64,000 bases of DNA from IMG/VR virus record IMGVR_UViG_3300027608_000014, positions 32,001 through 96,000 of that record. One strand, written 5' to 3'. This document shows, one piece after another, positions 47,864-57,829 of this stretch; positions within the stretch are counted from its first letter, which is position 1; every line of letters starts with the position of its first letter. This stretch comes from a virus. The position numbers and the translations under genes were made by a program. A model generated the notes under the pieces. That model worked only from the letters and a program-made list of their open reading frames with translations, was not told the DNA's origin and did not search any database.

Positions 47864-48997
47864 ATGAAACCAGAAAGCTTGACTCTATATTACAAAGATG
47901 GATCTTCTGATAAGGTATACTTTGCCACTCTAGAAAAACAGATGGCCGTTGGGACCCACAGTTGGGTGGTCAACTTTGCCTACGGTCGTCGCGGGTCCAC
48001 TATGACCACAGGGACAAAGACCCAGGCCCCAGTTGACTACACTGCTGCCAAGAAGATCTACGACAAGGCGATCAAAGACAAGACCGCCAAGGGGTATACA
48101 GTCGGAAAGGATGGAACTCCGTTCCAGTTCACCGACAAGGAATCCAGAGACTCCGGACTGCACCCACAGCTTCTTAACTCTATCGATGACGCCAGACTGG
48201 CTGAACTGATGAAGGACGATGAGTGGTGCATGCAGGAGAAGATGGACGGTCGTCGATGCATGATCCGAAAGACTGGTGATGTGGTTGAGGGCGTCAATCG
48301 CCTGGGCCTCACCATTGGACTGCCTCAGCCGATTGTCGATGATGCCAAGAAGATCGATCGTGACTTCGTCATTGACGGAGAAACCATTGGTGACGAATTC
48401 TATGTCTTCGACGCCATTGAGATCGATGGATTAAGTGTAAAAGACTTCCCGTACTTCTCGAGACGAACCGGACTAGGCAACCTCTTGGAGATCGACACAG
48501 AGAGTCGACTCAATCATATCATCATGGTTGAAAGCGCCACTAGCACCAAATCCAAGAAAATAATGTTTGAACTTCTCAGCAACAAGAACAAAGAGGGTGT
48601 GGTCTTTAAGCGACTGGACTCTCTGTACGTCTCTGGACGACCATCAAGTGGCGGCAACCAGCTGAAGTATAAGTTCGTTGAGGACGCCTCCTGTGTGGTG
48701 ATCAGAGTGAATGACAAGCGCAGCGTGGCGCTTGGAGTATTTGAGTCAGAGGAAGATATTCCTAAAATGAAACTCCTGGATGTGGGCAACACAACTATTC
48801 CTCCTAACCACGATATCCCCAAAGTTGGAGACGTGGTGTCAGTTAGGTATCTCTATGCCTACCGAGGCGGTAGTCTCTATCAGCCTGTTTATCAGGGAGC
48901 TAGAGACGATCAGACCATCGCTGAGTGTAGCATTAAACAACTCAAATACAGACCAGAACAACAAGAACATGTTAACCCGCTTCTGGCTAAAGATTAA
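47864..48997 (+). CDS. WGR-domain ATP-dependent DNA ligase
   Basis: N-terminal WGR-like domain (SDKVY...YGRRG...K..KGY), motif I QEKMDGRR, IDGE, FD, EGVVFK, LKYK, and an OB fold ending P.Y.G.RDD. Confidence 0.85.
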   Translation: MKPESLTLYYKDGSSDKVYFATLEKQMAVGTHSWVVNFAYGRRGSTMTTGTKTQAPVDYTAAKKIYDKAIKDKTAKGYTVGKDGTPFQFTDKESRDSGLHPQLLNSIDDARLAELMKDDEWCMQEKMDGRRCMIRKTGDVVEGVNRLGLTIGLPQPIVDDAKKIDRDFVIDGETIGDEFYVFDAIEIDGLSVKDFPYFSRRTGLGNLLEIDTESRLNHIIMVESATSTKSKKIMFELLSNKNKEGVVFKRLDSLYVSGRPSSGGNQLKYKFVEDASCVVIRVNDKRSVALGVFESEEDIPKMKLLDVGNTTIPPNHDIPKVGDVVSVRYLYAYRGGSLYQPVYQGARDDQTIAECSIKQLKYRPEQQEHVNPLLAKD

Positions 48998-49105
48998 ATA
49001 TAGAAGTCGCTACTGGTGGTACAGAGCTATCAAGTTTGTGGGGTTCTGTCCCCATTGCTGGTCAACCCTCAATTACACCTCAATAGGAAGACCTCCATGT
49101 CCAGT

Positions 49106-49300
49106 ATGTCACTAATCAAACGTAATCAACTGATCATCAAGCATCTAGCTGCCTTTGCCTCTGTTTGTATCGCTGGAGGACTGGCCGTGTACAGCCTGGA
49201 CGCATGGATGGCTTTTCTGTGGGCAGCGGTGATCATAACCCTCACGACCAACCACACCCCACAAGATGAACGAGATAAAGAGGCCCCGAAGAGCAACTAA
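49106..49300 (+). CDS. Small membrane protein
   Basis: Two hydrophobic segments; start uncertain within ORF 49016-49300. Confidence 0.4.
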   Translation: MSLIKRNQLIIKHLAAFASVCIAGGLAVYSLDAWMAFLWAAVIITLTTNHTPQDERDKEAPKSN

Positions 49301-49321
49301 TCAAAAGCGTCTCTATAACCA

Positions 49322-49834
49322 ATGGTAACTCTCAAGGACGTTGATGATCTAGTCTCTAAGCTAAACGGCCTGACGGTCCCACTGGCAAAAGAAAGGCCAC
49401 TGTCGGCAATTGAACGATTAAGGGAACAACTAGACGAAACCATATCAGAGCGGGGATCTCGATTGAGGACTATGGCTCCATGGATTTTCAGGCAGAATCC
49501 GAGGGCCATGGCTCAACCAATCTTATTTATTCGTAGTGACAAAGGGACCGTAAGGTCCCCTTTTCAGCCATATCCAGAGTTTGCCATTAAGGTAGATAAA
49601 AATGGAAGGGCGATAATTAAGAAGCCAGCCAGATCTAGTCTTCCTGGCTATGCCAGGGAGTACTATCAGTTGAACAAAGAAGTAATTTCAGAAAAAAGAA
49701 GAAAAAAGAAATTAGAAAAACAGGCGTCTTTGGATCACTTCCGATCCATGAGCGCCATAACCAAACTAAATGAAACAGATGAACCAAGCACTATTACTAT
49801 TGCCCAAACAGACCAAACAGCAACTCTACGATGA
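49322..49834 (+). CDS. Hypothetical protein
   Basis: ORF with a basic REYYQLNKE..EKRRKK segment. Confidence 0.5.
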   Translation: MVTLKDVDDLVSKLNGLTVPLAKERPLSAIERLREQLDETISERGSRLRTMAPWIFRQNPRAMAQPILFIRSDKGTVRSPFQPYPEFAIKVDKNGRAIIKKPARSSLPGYAREYYQLNKEVISEKRRKKKLEKQASLDHFRSMSAITKLNETDEPSTITIAQTDQTATLR

Positions 49835-50384
49835 GTTGGGCACTTCACACTCCGGAGTAGGCCACCAAATGGTTGATACGGCTCAGATCGTCGTTGCGCT
49901 AATGGATGACCATGGAGTTACAGTCGCTGAGATCTCAGAGATCAAGGGGATCCCGGAATACATCCTGAGCAATTATGAAAAAATAGGTCGCGGACAGTTG
50001 GCTCCTTATCTCTTGGTTAGTGACTATGAGGCCGCTGATCCCCTTAAGCGACTGTGCTACTCAGAACAGACTCGACTTGAGAATGAGCCTGTTGATGTTC
50101 TCATTCAGGGGCCAGATGGACCGGCTTCTATCCAAATCAGAGTTCAGGATCTAACTCGCTCTCAGTGCAAGCAAGTCTTTGATAAGACTCGCGTTCGAAG
50201 TCTTGACGCTCAACAGGCGTTCATTGAAAGCAATCGTCGCAAGCCTCACGCCCCTTCTAAGCCAATCGGTGGAAAGATTACTTACGAGATCAATAGAGAC
50301 GGTACCGTTACGTTCCACAAAGGCTACACGGCAACCAAAGTTGAGCTCCAAAAGATCCTCACCGCTATCTGCCTAAGAGGATAA
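49770..50384 (+). CDS. Hypothetical protein (possible HTH)
   Basis: 204-aa ORF; TVAEISEIKGIPE resembles an HTH. Confidence 0.55.
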   Translation: MKQMNQALLLLPKQTKQQLYDELGTSHSGVGHQMVDTAQIVVALMDDHGVTVAEISEIKGIPEYILSNYEKIGRGQLAPYLLVSDYEAADPLKRLCYSEQTRLENEPVDVLIQGPDGPASIQIRVQDLTRSQCKQVFDKTRVRSLDAQQAFIESNRRKPHAPSKPIGGKITYEINRDGTVTFHKGYTATKVELQKILTAICLRG

Positions 50385-51083
50385 CTGGCCAACCATCTCC
50401 CTGAGATGATCTGGAGTCACAAACGGCAGGAGCGAGATCTGCTTGAATAGTAACAAGCTGGTCTCTTCCATGACCTGCTCAACCACGGCACGATGAGCTG
50501 TATCAGTGTCGATCTCCTGATGGAGGTCGGCTTTCGAGTCCGATCCTCGATACACGCTCGGCATATGAGCCCACTCCAAGATCTTTGGTGGCTTAACGAA
50601 TCCCTGCTCATGAAGGATCAACCCAACGTATCGCTTTACCTCATCAGAGAAGGTTCCAGGTGTACTGTCATTCAGCATGACTTCCATCAGACCTATAGCG
50701 ACCTCCTCTACGATCATAGGATCTGAAAGATTCATGACGTCACTTCCACCAGCCAATGTTTGACAGATAACGGTAAAGGCAGACCAGTCTCTATAGAATG
50801 AGTCGCTAATCAGGGCTGAGACCAGAGCATGGATCTTGTCGAGGTTATCAGGGGGGATCAGCACCTGGAAGGCATCCTCGATCTCCAGGTCTAGAGTTTC
50901 TGACTCCCACTCCATAAACTCTTCGCCCCACTTGTTGTAGCAAATGAGAAACAAAGGCGTAGCCATAGACCCCTCATTCAAAAGGATCTGACGAACTCTG
51001 ACATCATCTGGATGGTCGCTAGGCATTACTTTAGTTCTGGATTTTTCTTTACCAGTCTGAGCTTGATTTCTTCGTAGTCCCAA
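50373..51083 (-). CDS. Conserved hypothetical protein, probable virion-assembly gene
   Basis: Acidic ORF (GEEF.EWE.ETL...DKIHA...FY.DW..F) in the minus-strand block with the terminase; likely start at ATG 51026. Confidence 0.55.
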   Translation of the reverse strand: MGLRRNQAQTGKEKSRTKVMPSDHPDDVRVRQILLNEGSMATPLFLICYNKWGEEFMEWESETLDLEIEDAFQVLIPPDNLDKIHALVSALISDSFYRDWSAFTVICQTLAGGSDVMNLSDPMIVEEVAIGLMEVMLNDSTPGTFSDEVKRYVGLILHEQGFVKPPKILEWAHMPSVYRGSDSKADLHQEIDTDTAHRAVVEQVMEETSLLLFKQISLLPFVTPDHLREMVGQLSS

Positions 51084-51373
51084 GGGTGGCCCAATGCCGT
51101 CAGATCTGAAAAGATTTGGATGGTATCATCGGACCCTTTAGTTAAACCTGACTTGTAGGTGCTGTCGATAACGATCGGCGGCTTAGTCCCACTTCTTTCT
51201 GCCACAATCTTAATTGGATATGCTGCCTCTGAATCGCTAACTAGCTCCACTGTAACCCAAATAGATCCAATCCAGACAAAGGCTAATACTAACACAAAGA
51301 GCGCAGTCTTAAGTGGACGCCAATTGATACTTTTAACAAACCGACCTTTATCGTCTCTCTTGAAACCATTCAT
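51026..51373 (-). CDS. Membrane protein with RDxxGRF motif
   Basis: KRDDKGRFVK followed by one transmembrane helix. Confidence 0.5.
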   Translation of the reverse strand: MNGFKRDDKGRFVKSINWRPLKTALFVLVLAFVWIGSIWVTVELVSDSEAAYPIKIVAERSGTKPPIVIDSTYKSGLTKGSDDTIQIFSDLTALGHPWDYEEIKLRLVKKNPELK

Positions 51374-51679
51374 ATGAAAAGTCTAAATAAGAAATCCGCT
51401 AAAAAGAAGCCCGCTAAAAAGAAGCCCACTAAGCTCGACTGGAAGTTAAAGTTATTGCAGCTCCTAAAATGTGTTGGTGAATCCGGAGGAACACTGTTCG
51501 AGGCTAATTGGGAAAGTTATGGGGTCTCCAGGCTTGAAGCCTTGATAATTATTGAGGCTTTCGAGAAACAGTACCCCGAGCTTACGCAAGAACCTGATTC
51601 AGCTGACGAGCCTTCTCGTCATCCAGATCAGCAAGGGAGCGAAGATCAGCCACCTTGTTCCCTAGGATCTCATCAATAA
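51374..51679 (+). CDS. Hypothetical basic protein
   Basis: KKPAKKKP N-terminus. Divergent back-to-back start and 3' overlap with a minus-strand gene. Confidence 0.35.
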   Translation: MKSLNKKSAKKKPAKKKPTKLDWKLKLLQLLKCVGESGGTLFEANWESYGVSRLEALIIIEAFEKQYPELTQEPDSADEPSRHPDQQGSEDQPPCSLGSHQ

Positions 51680-52550
51680 TTTTACCGCTCGACCGAAGAT
51701 CTATCAGCTTGTGAACAACATGACCGATCTTCACAGTAGCCGTCTTGTCTTCGTATTCGGACAGTGATGTGTTGAATACGGAGCCATGTGGATCTTCCAG
51801 TCTAGAGCCATAAAACTTAGTGAGACCATGCTGAGTGTCAAAGCTATCAATAAACTCAGCCACCTTCATGGCCTCCTCTGGGGTTGCAGCAGCAGCGTTA
51901 CCCAGGGCAGCAATCTTAGACAGGAACTCCTGAACGTCTCTTTGTTCGTGGAGAAACGTAGCTCTAGTCTCCAGTTGAGCCTGAAGTTTTTCAAGGTCAA
52001 CATGAGCATTACCAGCAAACTTACTGATCGACTCTGGCAGATCAGCTCCAAGGTCTGAGGCGATCTTACTCAGGTTCTCAGCAATCTCTGTTCTCTCGTT
52101 GAACTCATAGGACATCTTGGTTTGTTCGAACGAGCTGACGGCGTCATTGAGAGCCTCAAGGCCAGAGCCAGAGAAGCTGGCGCTCTTAGTTTCAAAGTCC
52201 CAGATGCTCGGACTGGCTACCTTGCTGGTTAGCTCGAAGCGTTTCTTGGCCAATTCAATTACAGCGTTGACGGAGTCTTCAATTCCAAAAACTTTACTTG
52301 CTGTCTTGATCTGTTCGTCAATCTTCTGGTCGCAGGCCGTCTTTCCGTGTAGGTAGGCGGCGCTAAGATAAACATCTGAAGGAGTGTGAATTGGAAACTG
52401 ACGACTAATTGGATCTGCAAAGGCATAATCTGGCAGTGCATCAATACCTTCTTCGGTTTCGTACTCTGCATTTTTCACAAAGTCCGGGACTGGAGTGGAG
52501 TGCATTAGTTTGACTAGGAAGGCACCTTGGTCTTGATAGAAATCGCTCAT
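51582..52550 (-). CDS. Probable head-associated protein rich in K-x-A motifs
   Basis: LPD.AFADP..R.FPIH motif and 11 K-x-A sites. Confidence 0.55.
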   Translation of the reverse strand: MSDFYQDQGAFLVKLMHSTPVPDFVKNAEYETEEGIDALPDYAFADPISRQFPIHTPSDVYLSAAYLHGKTACDQKIDEQIKTASKVFGIEDSVNAVIELAKKRFELTSKVASPSIWDFETKSASFSGSGLEALNDAVSSFEQTKMSYEFNERTEIAENLSKIASDLGADLPESISKFAGNAHVDLEKLQAQLETRATFLHEQRDVQEFLSKIAALGNAAAATPEEAMKVAEFIDSFDTQHGLTKFYGSRLEDPHGSVFNTSLSEYEDKTATVKIGHVVHKLIDLRSSGKIIDEILGNKVADLRSLADLDDEKARQLNQVLA

Positions 52551-53399
52551 AGGTGTAGAGAATACCCTGTGAAGACAAGATTCGCAATCAAAAGAAAAGC
52601 CAAGGATAAAAAGAAGCGCCTAGGAGAATACCAAGCAAAACTCATGAGAAAGAGGCGAAAAATTTCTGCCTGGGAAAAGATCTCTTATGTCGACTTTTTA
52701 ATGCTTACTGCCATTGGAGACATCTCTCCAGAGGAGGCTCACGACTTCTTGCATAAGAGATACTTCGGCAGAGAGATCTTCAATGCCAAAATTGGGCAGC
52801 TAGCTTCGCTGTACTCTGGGTTTGAAGACCTACCGGTAGAGGGCAATCTGCCTGAGTCTACTAGGCCCGCCATCCTCAGTAAATGGTCCTTCAGCCGGAA
52901 GATTGCCCACTTTAAGGGACCAAAGATCCCAGTACCTGAGTGCAGAATAGGACACGCAGAATCCTTTAAGATAATAAAAGAGTTGATAGATAAAAATTTT
53001 TGCAAGTTCAGGATTCTTGAGTTTGCTATCGCAGTGCTGAAGATTGAGCCTATCTACATCATCACAATACTCAATAGGATGCGACCACAGACCCCCGCCT
53101 ACATTTCTACCAGAAGGTATGAGATGCTTAAGCGGGAGGAAACCTTTCAGAGATTTTATCGAGAGGGGAGAAGATATCACGCTATTGCACTATCAGAGGG
53201 GCGTATCAAGTCAGGCAGTGGAGATCGAGCCCTATTTGATCAGAAGTCAATGGATGGCCTCCTTCCTGGATTTTTATCTAACTGCGTAAAGCTACTGAAA
53301 TATCCGTATTACATAACTAACCTGATAATGGTGGACGGTCGATGGTTCATCGACATCTATCTCTCTTCAGGTTCACCACAAATCACCGTCAAACTATAA
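52527..53399 (+). CDS. Hypothetical basic protein (start uncertain)
   Basis: 290-aa ORF. Confidence 0.5.
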   Translation: MVLIEIAHRCREYPVKTRFAIKRKAKDKKKRLGEYQAKLMRKRRKISAWEKISYVDFLMLTAIGDISPEEAHDFLHKRYFGREIFNAKIGQLASLYSGFEDLPVEGNLPESTRPAILSKWSFSRKIAHFKGPKIPVPECRIGHAESFKIIKELIDKNFCKFRILEFAIAVLKIEPIYIITILNRMRPQTPAYISTRRYEMLKREETFQRFYREGRRYHAIALSEGRIKSGSGDRALFDQKSMDGLLPGFLSNCVKLLKYPYYITNLIMVDGRWFIDIYLSSGSPQITVKL

Positions 53400-53407
53400 A
53401 TATTCAA

Positions 53408-54466
53408 ATGAACGAACCCGTATTCTCATCATCCGTCTGCTCCGAAGCCTCAGCCTGGCCGTCTTGCCCGAACTGTAAAAGCAGGGAAGTTTTATCGCGT
53501 GGCCTGGTGCTAAAGTGTTTATCATGCACGCACTCTGGGCCGATTGTTTCAAAGTCCCCCGTTCTGCGTTTTCTTAGGTCATACAATGCAGTTCGACCAA
53601 CCATCCCATGCGCCATTCACTGTGGTCCTTTTCCACAGAGCGTTGATGACGAATTTGGAGACATCCTGATCGAGAGATGCTCGGAGCTGTTTCACGAGCA
53701 ACTTTTTGAGCGTGAGATCTTTAAGGCTAAAGAGCTGTTTCGTAAGAATGGTGACTTTCCAGCAGTGGCCCTCACCGTTACCGTCCATGGCAGCCAGCCT
53801 AGCGTCCTCAAGCTGTCTCCACCGATCTGCGACTCCGTAGAGCAAGCGCGACTGCTTCTGGCGGACCAGGTAAAGGACATGAGTGCAGTGGCTGTGATCT
53901 TCAATCACAAATACTCTGGCAATATAGACTTCATGAGTGAAACTCAGAGCGATAATCAGGACAGCTTCCTGGTCGTCAACCTTCACTCTTATGGCAGTCG
54001 ATCTATCGCTGGCTATGTATCGCCAGAATGTGACGGGCTCAAGTGGGACCACCTGAACGCTCCGAGGCAGATCATCTGGCAACCCATTGACTGGGACATT
54101 ATCAGTAGCGACGGAGTGTCCGAGGTCATTCGTTACGCCTCAGCTATCCTTGTGGATGGCGACGTTAGTCTGACAATGGTGGTGGCAGAGAGCATGGATG
54201 GGGCTCCAGTAAGAGCTCAAATCAGCTTTCGAGATCCAGTCCAATGTACGACCACTGAGATCAAGAACATCAAGGCCGCAACTTCTGAAGATGCAATCCT
54301 TAAGATGAAGGGTAAGTACAAGGCCCTAATCGAACAGATTAAGACCTTGTCAGCCGACTCGATCGCTCTCTCCTTTGAAAAGGAGTGGGGACTCGAATGT
54401 AATCACTTCTCTATCATTCATCAGATCAAGGCGCTGGTCAGTAACAAAGGAGGAAAAATTGAGTAG
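53408..54466 (+). CDS. Hypothetical protein with N-terminal Zn ribbon
   Basis: Likely ATG at 53408; CPNC...CLSC. Confidence 0.55.
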   Translation: MNEPVFSSSVCSEASAWPSCPNCKSREVLSRGLVLKCLSCTHSGPIVSKSPVLRFLRSYNAVRPTIPCAIHCGPFPQSVDDEFGDILIERCSELFHEQLFEREIFKAKELFRKNGDFPAVALTVTVHGSQPSVLKLSPPICDSVEQARLLLADQVKDMSAVAVIFNHKYSGNIDFMSETQSDNQDSFLVVNLHSYGSRSIAGYVSPECDGLKWDHLNAPRQIIWQPIDWDIISSDGVSEVIRYASAILVDGDVSLTMVVAESMDGAPVRAQISFRDPVQCTTTEIKNIKAATSEDAILKMKGKYKALIEQIKTLSADSIALSFEKEWGLECNHFSIIHQIKALVSNKGGKIE

Positions 54467-54473
54467 CCTAGTC

Positions 54474-56276
54474 CTACTCTTCTCCAATCAGCTCGGCCAT
54501 TCCACGATTGACTGAGCTGTTTGGCGCCAATCCACACAGGCCAGGAAGATCTATATGGGCGGTGGCACACATCACCAAGAGGGCATATCCAAGAGCATGC
54601 AGAAAGTCATCAGCTTTGGATGGAATGCGGGCGTAACGGCGAATCGTGCCATTGGGGGTATCAACTTCCTCAATGGCAACCGCCATCAAATCCTTGCTGA
54701 ACTCCTCAAACCAGGTTCCGGATGGAAATTTCAGTAGGCCGGTGACAATCAGAGTGTAGACGCAAAAGAGTAGAGTGGATCGATCCACAGTGAAGACATT
54801 GAATCTTCCGCTACTGTGACTAAAGAACTTCTTCTGAGCACCATAGAGAACAGAGGCACAGGGAACGCCAGTAGCTCCAGACAAAGTCTTGTTTTGGAGC
54901 GGGCCGACAAAAGCTCCGTCCGCACCCATACAAGATAGTTTTGATCCGCAGATTCTTTTCATCATTGCTGCCAGTGGCAGCGGTTGTTCCTCTGGTCTAA
55001 GTCCCAGCGGACGTACAGCTCCAAGGACGTGAAACTCTCCAGAACTATGTCTGCCAAGCGCAACACCAATCGTAAAACTGACGATTTCTGATCCGCCCCA
55101 GTCGGCTCCACCAGATGCATGAGTATACTCAGCCATATTTGGTGGATTCCCCTCAGAGTAAGGAAGGCTAGATGCTCTTCGTAACTGATCGGGAGTTAGC
55201 GGCCTGGATCCACCCTCAGTACTTAGACCAAGAATCTCTTGATCAAAGCGCGATGGGCTCCAGGCACCAATACCAGCAATGCGGGAGTAAATGTTTCTGT
55301 GGTAGGCCCTATAGTGCTCGGGCGTATCAACTCGAGCTCGATCGGAAATAAAAATCTGCGGAACGTGGAATCCCTGGAATGTACCCTCCCGCTCCGGATA
55401 GGCTGGCTCCCACCACCCATGGCCGACATCTAGAAGCTTGGGATTAGCATCAGTGGAGCATTTACTGCAGCCGATGCCCGCCCTCTGGATCATCTTCCTG
55501 GACTCCTCTGCCGTAGGAATATTATCATGGGAGCAATACTTGCACCTAACATGCCAGGTGTTCTGTGAGCTCTCCAGCCACAGCGTCTCGATGGTGTTCT
55601 CGATTCCACGAGCCGTTCCAGTGTAGGTTTCCCATCCGAACTCCACGTTCGCGCTCGAACACTGAAGCACCTGAGGAATCAGCTCGAAGTCCATATCTTG
55701 AACCTCGTCAAAGTAGGTAGCACAGATATTCGGGATTCCGAGAGCCTGACCAGCATTGGCGAAGCAGGACACTCCATAGTAGTGTCCACCAGAGACATAC
55801 GTCTTCTCACAGACGTTCTGAACGCAATGGCGATCGATGATGTTCCATGGAACAGCACAGCTACGAGCTAGTGGATCCAGATACGTATGGCTTAAACGCT
55901 GGGTGTAGAGACTCAAAGGAGAACAGTACAGAGCGTTGAAGTCCTGACGATAAATCATGTTCATCAGAATACTAGCGGCAACCGACAAGCTCTTACCAAG
56001 CTGTCTGGCGCAGCGATAGACACAACGCTCTGCAGTTCTCGTTCTGCTGAACATGGGCCTGAACATCGGCCTTCGATGTTTGACATCCAGAGGCTCGCGC
56101 CCTAAACGCAAGGTCATAGGCAGAAGATCGTCAAACGGCAGGACGCCAATAAGATAGGCCATCTCCTCCTTAGAGATGTTTCCTCCTGACAGTTTCCGCT
56201 TAATTATTTCTGCAACTCTTGTGTCTATGCCCTCGAGACCCGGTATTTCCTGAATCATTAGTAGACCATAGCCCAC
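54474..56276 (-). CDS. Terminase large subunit
   Basis: Walker A ARQLGKS, Walker B YFDEVQD, coupling GT, two CxxC pairs, RNase H-like GADWGG, C-terminal DDFLHA. Confidence 0.85.
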   Translation of the reverse strand: MGYGLLMIQEIPGLEGIDTRVAEIIKRKLSGGNISKEEMAYLIGVLPFDDLLPMTLRLGREPLDVKHRRPMFRPMFSRTRTAERCVYRCARQLGKSLSVAASILMNMIYRQDFNALYCSPLSLYTQRLSHTYLDPLARSCAVPWNIIDRHCVQNVCEKTYVSGGHYYGVSCFANAGQALGIPNICATYFDEVQDMDFELIPQVLQCSSANVEFGWETYTGTARGIENTIETLWLESSQNTWHVRCKYCSHDNIPTAEESRKMIQRAGIGCSKCSTDANPKLLDVGHGWWEPAYPEREGTFQGFHVPQIFISDRARVDTPEHYRAYHRNIYSRIAGIGAWSPSRFDQEILGLSTEGGSRPLTPDQLRRASSLPYSEGNPPNMAEYTHASGGADWGGSEIVSFTIGVALGRHSSGEFHVLGAVRPLGLRPEEQPLPLAAMMKRICGSKLSCMGADGAFVGPLQNKTLSGATGVPCASVLYGAQKKFFSHSSGRFNVFTVDRSTLLFCVYTLIVTGLLKFPSGTWFEEFSKDLMAVAIEEVDTPNGTIRRYARIPSKADDFLHALGYALLVMCATAHIDLPGLCGLAPNSSVNRGMAELIGEE

Positions 56277-56317
56277 CGCTTACAAATCAACAAACCTTTT
56301 ATAGAACTAGAACAAAC

Positions 56318-56653
56318 ATGAAGACTAACATCACGAATATCTCCGAAGGCGGGGACTTTGAAGTAATCAGTGGGGAACACCTCATCTGCACCTGCGGAAC
56401 GAAAGAGAGTGCTCAGTGCATCAAGGACGCCATCGAGGCGCTGGAGTCTGTCTCCCGCGACTGTCAGATGGCCCTGAATGGCGATTGGGACAGGGGCGAC
56501 GATGGCTTTGAGGCCACGCTGCAAAACGTCAATCTGGCCCTGCTGGGGCTCGGTGTGACTCCGCCGGTCGAAGAGAAGCAGGCAGACTTTCGTGGCGAAC
56601 TGATCAAGGAGTTCAAGGCTCGCTTTGTCAAGATCGATCCCAAAGGGTCCTGA
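56318..56653 (+). CDS. Hypothetical protein
   Basis: Likely ATG at 56318 after an AC-rich leader; DCQMAL.GDWD..DDGF. Confidence 0.55.
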   Translation: MKTNITNISEGGDFEVISGEHLICTCGTKESAQCIKDAIEALESVSRDCQMALNGDWDRGDDGFEATLQNVNLALLGLGVTPPVEEKQADFRGELIKEFKARFVKIDPKGS

Positions 56654-56766
56654 CCCTAGAATCAGCCAATTTCGTTTCGTCGCCGAAACAGAAACCCAAT
56701 AGCGCTGGGCAGGAACCAACATTGTTTGCAAAGCAAACTTACCCTGGAAGTCGCCAACAGAACATT

Positions 56767-56964
56767 ATGTCTAGGATCCAAATTCCCGTCGAAAAGTTTC
56801 GCAACCGCGAAGAATGTATTCGGTCCCTTATGGGGGCAGGAGAAATCATCAACGACGCATTACTTATGCCGGTGAGAATGTCTAGGGAGGCTGCTGCTCG
56901 CAAGAGCCAGCCCTCCTATATCGAAAACCTACGCAGCGGAGCAAAAGCCGATTGCTTTCTGTAG
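56767..56964 (+). CDS. Small hypothetical protein
   Basis: Likely ATG at 56767, followed by a hairpin at 56985-57012. Confidence 0.45.
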   Translation: MSRIQIPVEKFRNREECIRSLMGAGEIINDALLMPVRMSREAAARKSQPSYIENLRSGAKADCFL

Positions 56965-57046
56965 GTTTTCATTGAGAACCAACGTCCCTGCTCAGCTCCG
57001 GCTGGGCAGGGATTCCCATTTCACAAAAAACTGATAAGATATATTA

Positions 57047-57193
57047 ATGTCCACAACGAACAGAAAATCAGCTCGCAAGTACAAGTCTCAAAAGGCTGGT
57101 ATCCCAGAGAAACCCCTCTCACGATTCCAGCCTGGCGCTGGTAAGCATCTCAAGGCCAAACAAACTGCTAAACAAAAAGCTGAACAATCATGA
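57047..57193 (+). CDS. Small basic protein (48 aa, not in ORF track)
   Basis: MSTTNRKSARKYKSQKAGIPEKPLSRFQPGAGKHLKAKQTAKQKAEQS, with ATGA coupling to the next ORF. Confidence 0.5.
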   Translation: MSTTNRKSARKYKSQKAGIPEKPLSRFQPGAGKHLKAKQTAKQKAEQS

Positions 57194-57414
57194 ATACCCT
57201 AATTCAAGTCGGAATAGCCATAGCCCTGGTCATTACGTACTTTCACCAAAAAGTCCTGGAGTCCAAGATCAAAGCCAGAAATAGGCCATCTCCTACAAAG
57301 GTTCGTCTTGAGAGACAAGAAAGGCCTGTAATTGATCTCGTTGCTATCGGCGAAGGCGATCGATATGGTAGCTATGAGGGTCGTCCCCAGAGGGCCACTC
57401 GCTATGAGCATTGA
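57190..57414 (+). CDS. Small membrane-anchored protein
   Basis: N-terminal hydrophobic helix. Confidence 0.5.
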   Translation: MNTLIQVGIAIALVITYFHQKVLESKIKARNRPSPTKVRLERQERPVIDLVAIGEGDRYGSYEGRPQRATRYEH

Positions 57415-57497
57415 TGCATCTTCACTATTTTTATTGTGCGAGCTAGCGCTCACTGTATTTTTGATTGATAGACATCTAGATCAAATGAAAGTTATCT

Positions 57498-57716
57498 ATG
57501 AAAACTGACGGAGCTCTACCGATCGCCTTAGGACTGGGTCTGCTTATGGCCTATTTAGACGGTAAGGGCAACTCTGCCCTGCTCTGGATCATTTTGATGT
57601 TTGTTGGCACTCCAGCGTTTTACACGCTAGTCGTTTCTCGATCGTCTATAAGTGAGGTCGCAAAATGGTTGCTGACAGCAGCTTACATCTTTGGAGTGAC
57701 TGCGCTTTTCATCTAA
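57498..57716 (+). CDS. Small multi-pass membrane protein
   Basis: Three hydrophobic segments. Confidence 0.5.
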   Translation: MKTDGALPIALGLGLLMAYLDGKGNSALLWIILMFVGTPAFYTLVVSRSSISEVAKWLLTAAYIFGVTALFI

Positions 57717-57829
57717 CATGACATTGCAAATATATGGATGAATCAGAATCTAAAGGATCACCTTCATTGCCAGAGTCATCACCCGCACAGGCAGAGTGGT
57801 CAGAGAAATTGACGAGATAGAAGTTTTTT

